From Raja brachyura (taxonomy: Eukaryota): DNA of 64,000 nt. Each line of letters starts with the position of its first letter. Position 1 is the first letter of the stretch. Made by a program: the position numbers and the translations under genes. The notes under the pieces are model-generated. The model did no database searches, was not told where the DNA came from, and was given only the letters and a program-made list of their open reading frames with translations. Location of the stretch: positions 112,344,001-112,408,000 of the forward strand of contig OY740783.1 in the NCBI GenBank assembly GCA_963514005.1, read 5' to 3'. Below, one piece after another: positions 62,075 to 64,000 of this stretch.

Positions 62075-62600
62075 AGATACATATGAGGTAGCACATTTTG
62101 ATAGGAAGTTGTGAGGCTGAGTGGAGTTGGCAGAACAAATACACTAATAACTAAACGTTGCAGTGCATGTGGGCAAAGTTATTGAACAGGCAGAGCACAT
62201 ACGTTTAATTCCAGAGCGATAGAATTGATAGGTAGGGCGATTAGATTAAAATCTTTATTTAAGGTTTTCATTAGACTACGTTTGGAGTGCTGTGCACAGC
62301 TCTGGTCAATGTAGATGCAATGAAAAGGGTGCAGAGACAATATACAAAGATTATACTAGAAATGTGAAGGTGGACATATTAAGGATGAACAGTCTGGCTC
62401 TCTTTTCCCTTGGTAGGGAAAACGTATTTATAACATGATAAAAGCTTTCAAAACGATTACGCATTTTGTTGAAGGGAATGCAACTAGTTTTGGGGAAAAG
62501 TGTAATTGGAAGATTAGAAAACCTTTTACCCAAAGGTTGGTGAGAATGTTGAAGTTGCTCGCGTGGAGTATTGAGTGGAATAGCACAGTGCACATGGTGA
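62075..62600 (+). mobile_element. Very old CR1 fragment
   Basis: TTGGAGTGCTGTGCACAGCTCTGGTCA (LECCAQLWS), AAAAGGGTGCAGAGA (KRVQR), FTQRLVR. Confidence 0.55.
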
Positions 62601-62768
62601 TTGTCGGAGCAAAATGGTCAGGCTTCTGGGCCACTGATCTGACACATACGTGAGTTTGAATAATTTAAACGATTGCGAAATTTAAACTTGAGTGAAATAC
62701 ATCTGAATTTATTTTTATAAACAAGTCTCAACAATAGAAGCCACTGGATTGTCCTAAAACCACTTCTG

Positions 62769-62860
62769 CTGAAGAAAGGTCTCGACCCGAAGCGTCACCC
62801 ATTCCTTCTATCCACATATGATGTCTGTCCCGCTGAGGTACTCCAGCATTTTGTGTCTAT
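62769..62860 (+). mobile_element. Penelope-derived short element with degenerate hammerhead motif
   Basis: CTGAAGAAAGGTCTCGACCCGAAGCGTCACCC...CCAGCATTTTGTGTCTA. Confidence 0.75.
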
Positions 62861-63149
62861 CTGCTTCACTAACGTCCTTTAGAGGATGAAATACGCTGTT
62901 TTTGAATAGTCGGTCCAACATATGACTGCAGTCCCATTTCCGTTCAGGGACGATTAGACATACACAATAGGTGCTGAAAAATAAAGATTGCAAGCCATGG
63001 CCATATCCATAGAATGAATAAAACAACGGGAAGGCTGAATAGGTTAGACAATGATAGTTAAAACTGATGGATTTGTGGATTGGGCATAAATGGTGACAAT
63101 ATATTTCTAACTGGTATTCAGTTTGAGGAGAACTTGGTGTTGCCAGGTT

Positions 63150-64000
63150 GTCCCCGTCCTTCTCGTTGAATGAACTCGCGGGTTTCTGAACAAACTACTC
63201 CTAATTGATCCTTGGCCTTCTCCTTCCCGAATTCTGCGGCCCTCATGCGCAAGGCAGGTTAATAATTCTAAAGGGTGAGCCCAGAATGATTGTTGCCCGT
63301 GGACTGAGCGCTGGACGTTGTGAAATTTCGGCAGCGTGCCTGGTACCATCAGCTCTGGTGATAGTTAAAATACTTGTCAAGGAAGCGTACAGAAATAATG
63401 TTTCTTTCACATGCGTAGCAATGTGGCTGGACTGCCGACCACGTGTGAAGAATTGTACCAAGATGTCAAACATTAGAATCGTGTTGTAGGTCAAGACGAA
63501 TCCGCTCAGAATTCCAAGTATTCCAACTTATTTTTTTGAAGAATCCGAAAGTTGTTCAATTTCTCTCTCCCCCCCCCCCCCCCCCCCAATGTTGATCGCG
63601 AGATCTGGTCCATGAAGAGTTAATCAAGTTAACATTTCAGGCCCGAGGTTCGGTCAGCTGATCCACTCCATGAAGCTTTCCAAAAATTACTCAACCCCCC
63701 GTGGGCTTGTGATGCCTTGCAACTTAATCAGTGTTTAATTAGTCTTTGTCACAGTAGTTAGCCTAGTATAGTGGTGGCTGAGACCGCGTGTACTAGCGTG
63801 TAAATTGTAGGTTCTAATGAAAGTGAGCGATTTGTGTGTGTTTAAGTGTGCACGGGAACATAAATATGCGTAAGCATAATTTGGAGGCGTTCAGATGCGT
63901 GAGGGGATAGTGTTTGTGCTTGAGACGGTGTGCGTGCATGCGCGGGCGCGGACACGAAGTGCAGGAGCAACTGAATTTGTCGACTTTCGAACTTTTCTAA
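63150..64000. promoter_or_regulatory. CpG-enriched unique region at the window end
   Basis: Rising CpG density (GCATGCGCGGGCGCGGACACG). Possibly the edge of an intronic CpG island. Confidence 0.3.

Overview
Eukaryotic vertebrate genomic DNA, most likely a cartilaginous fish (skate/ray-like, inferred from an HE1-type V-SINE and the CR1/Penelope repertoire). It has two N-gaps (41876-42016, 58818-58989). The only host coding sequence I recognise is one + strand exon of basonuclin-2 (bnc2-like; 43253-43348, MQFNTGAASTEPAFMGTWPNTETNLLFRMSQQ, ending at a phase-0 GTGAGT donor). It lies in a ~14 kb transposon-poor, CpG/CNE-like zone. The rest is intron or upstream sequence rich in mobile elements: the 5' end of a DIRS-like element, a near-full-length decayed CR1 LINE, a complete decayed DD34E Tc1 transposon, a Harbinger-like MITE with a nested hAT-like MITE, Penelope (GIY-YIG) fragments, SINEs and a 1.3 kb pyrimidine-rich minisatellite. 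The most notable pattern is ~15 short Penelope-derived repeats, several retaining a minimal hammerhead-ribozyme motif. They occur as ~90-110 bp monomers and as head-to-head inverted dimers, several with 11-15 bp target-site duplications. No prokaryotic system or CRISPR array is present, and most ORFs in the supplied track are TE fragments or spurious. Family names come from recognition, not database searches.
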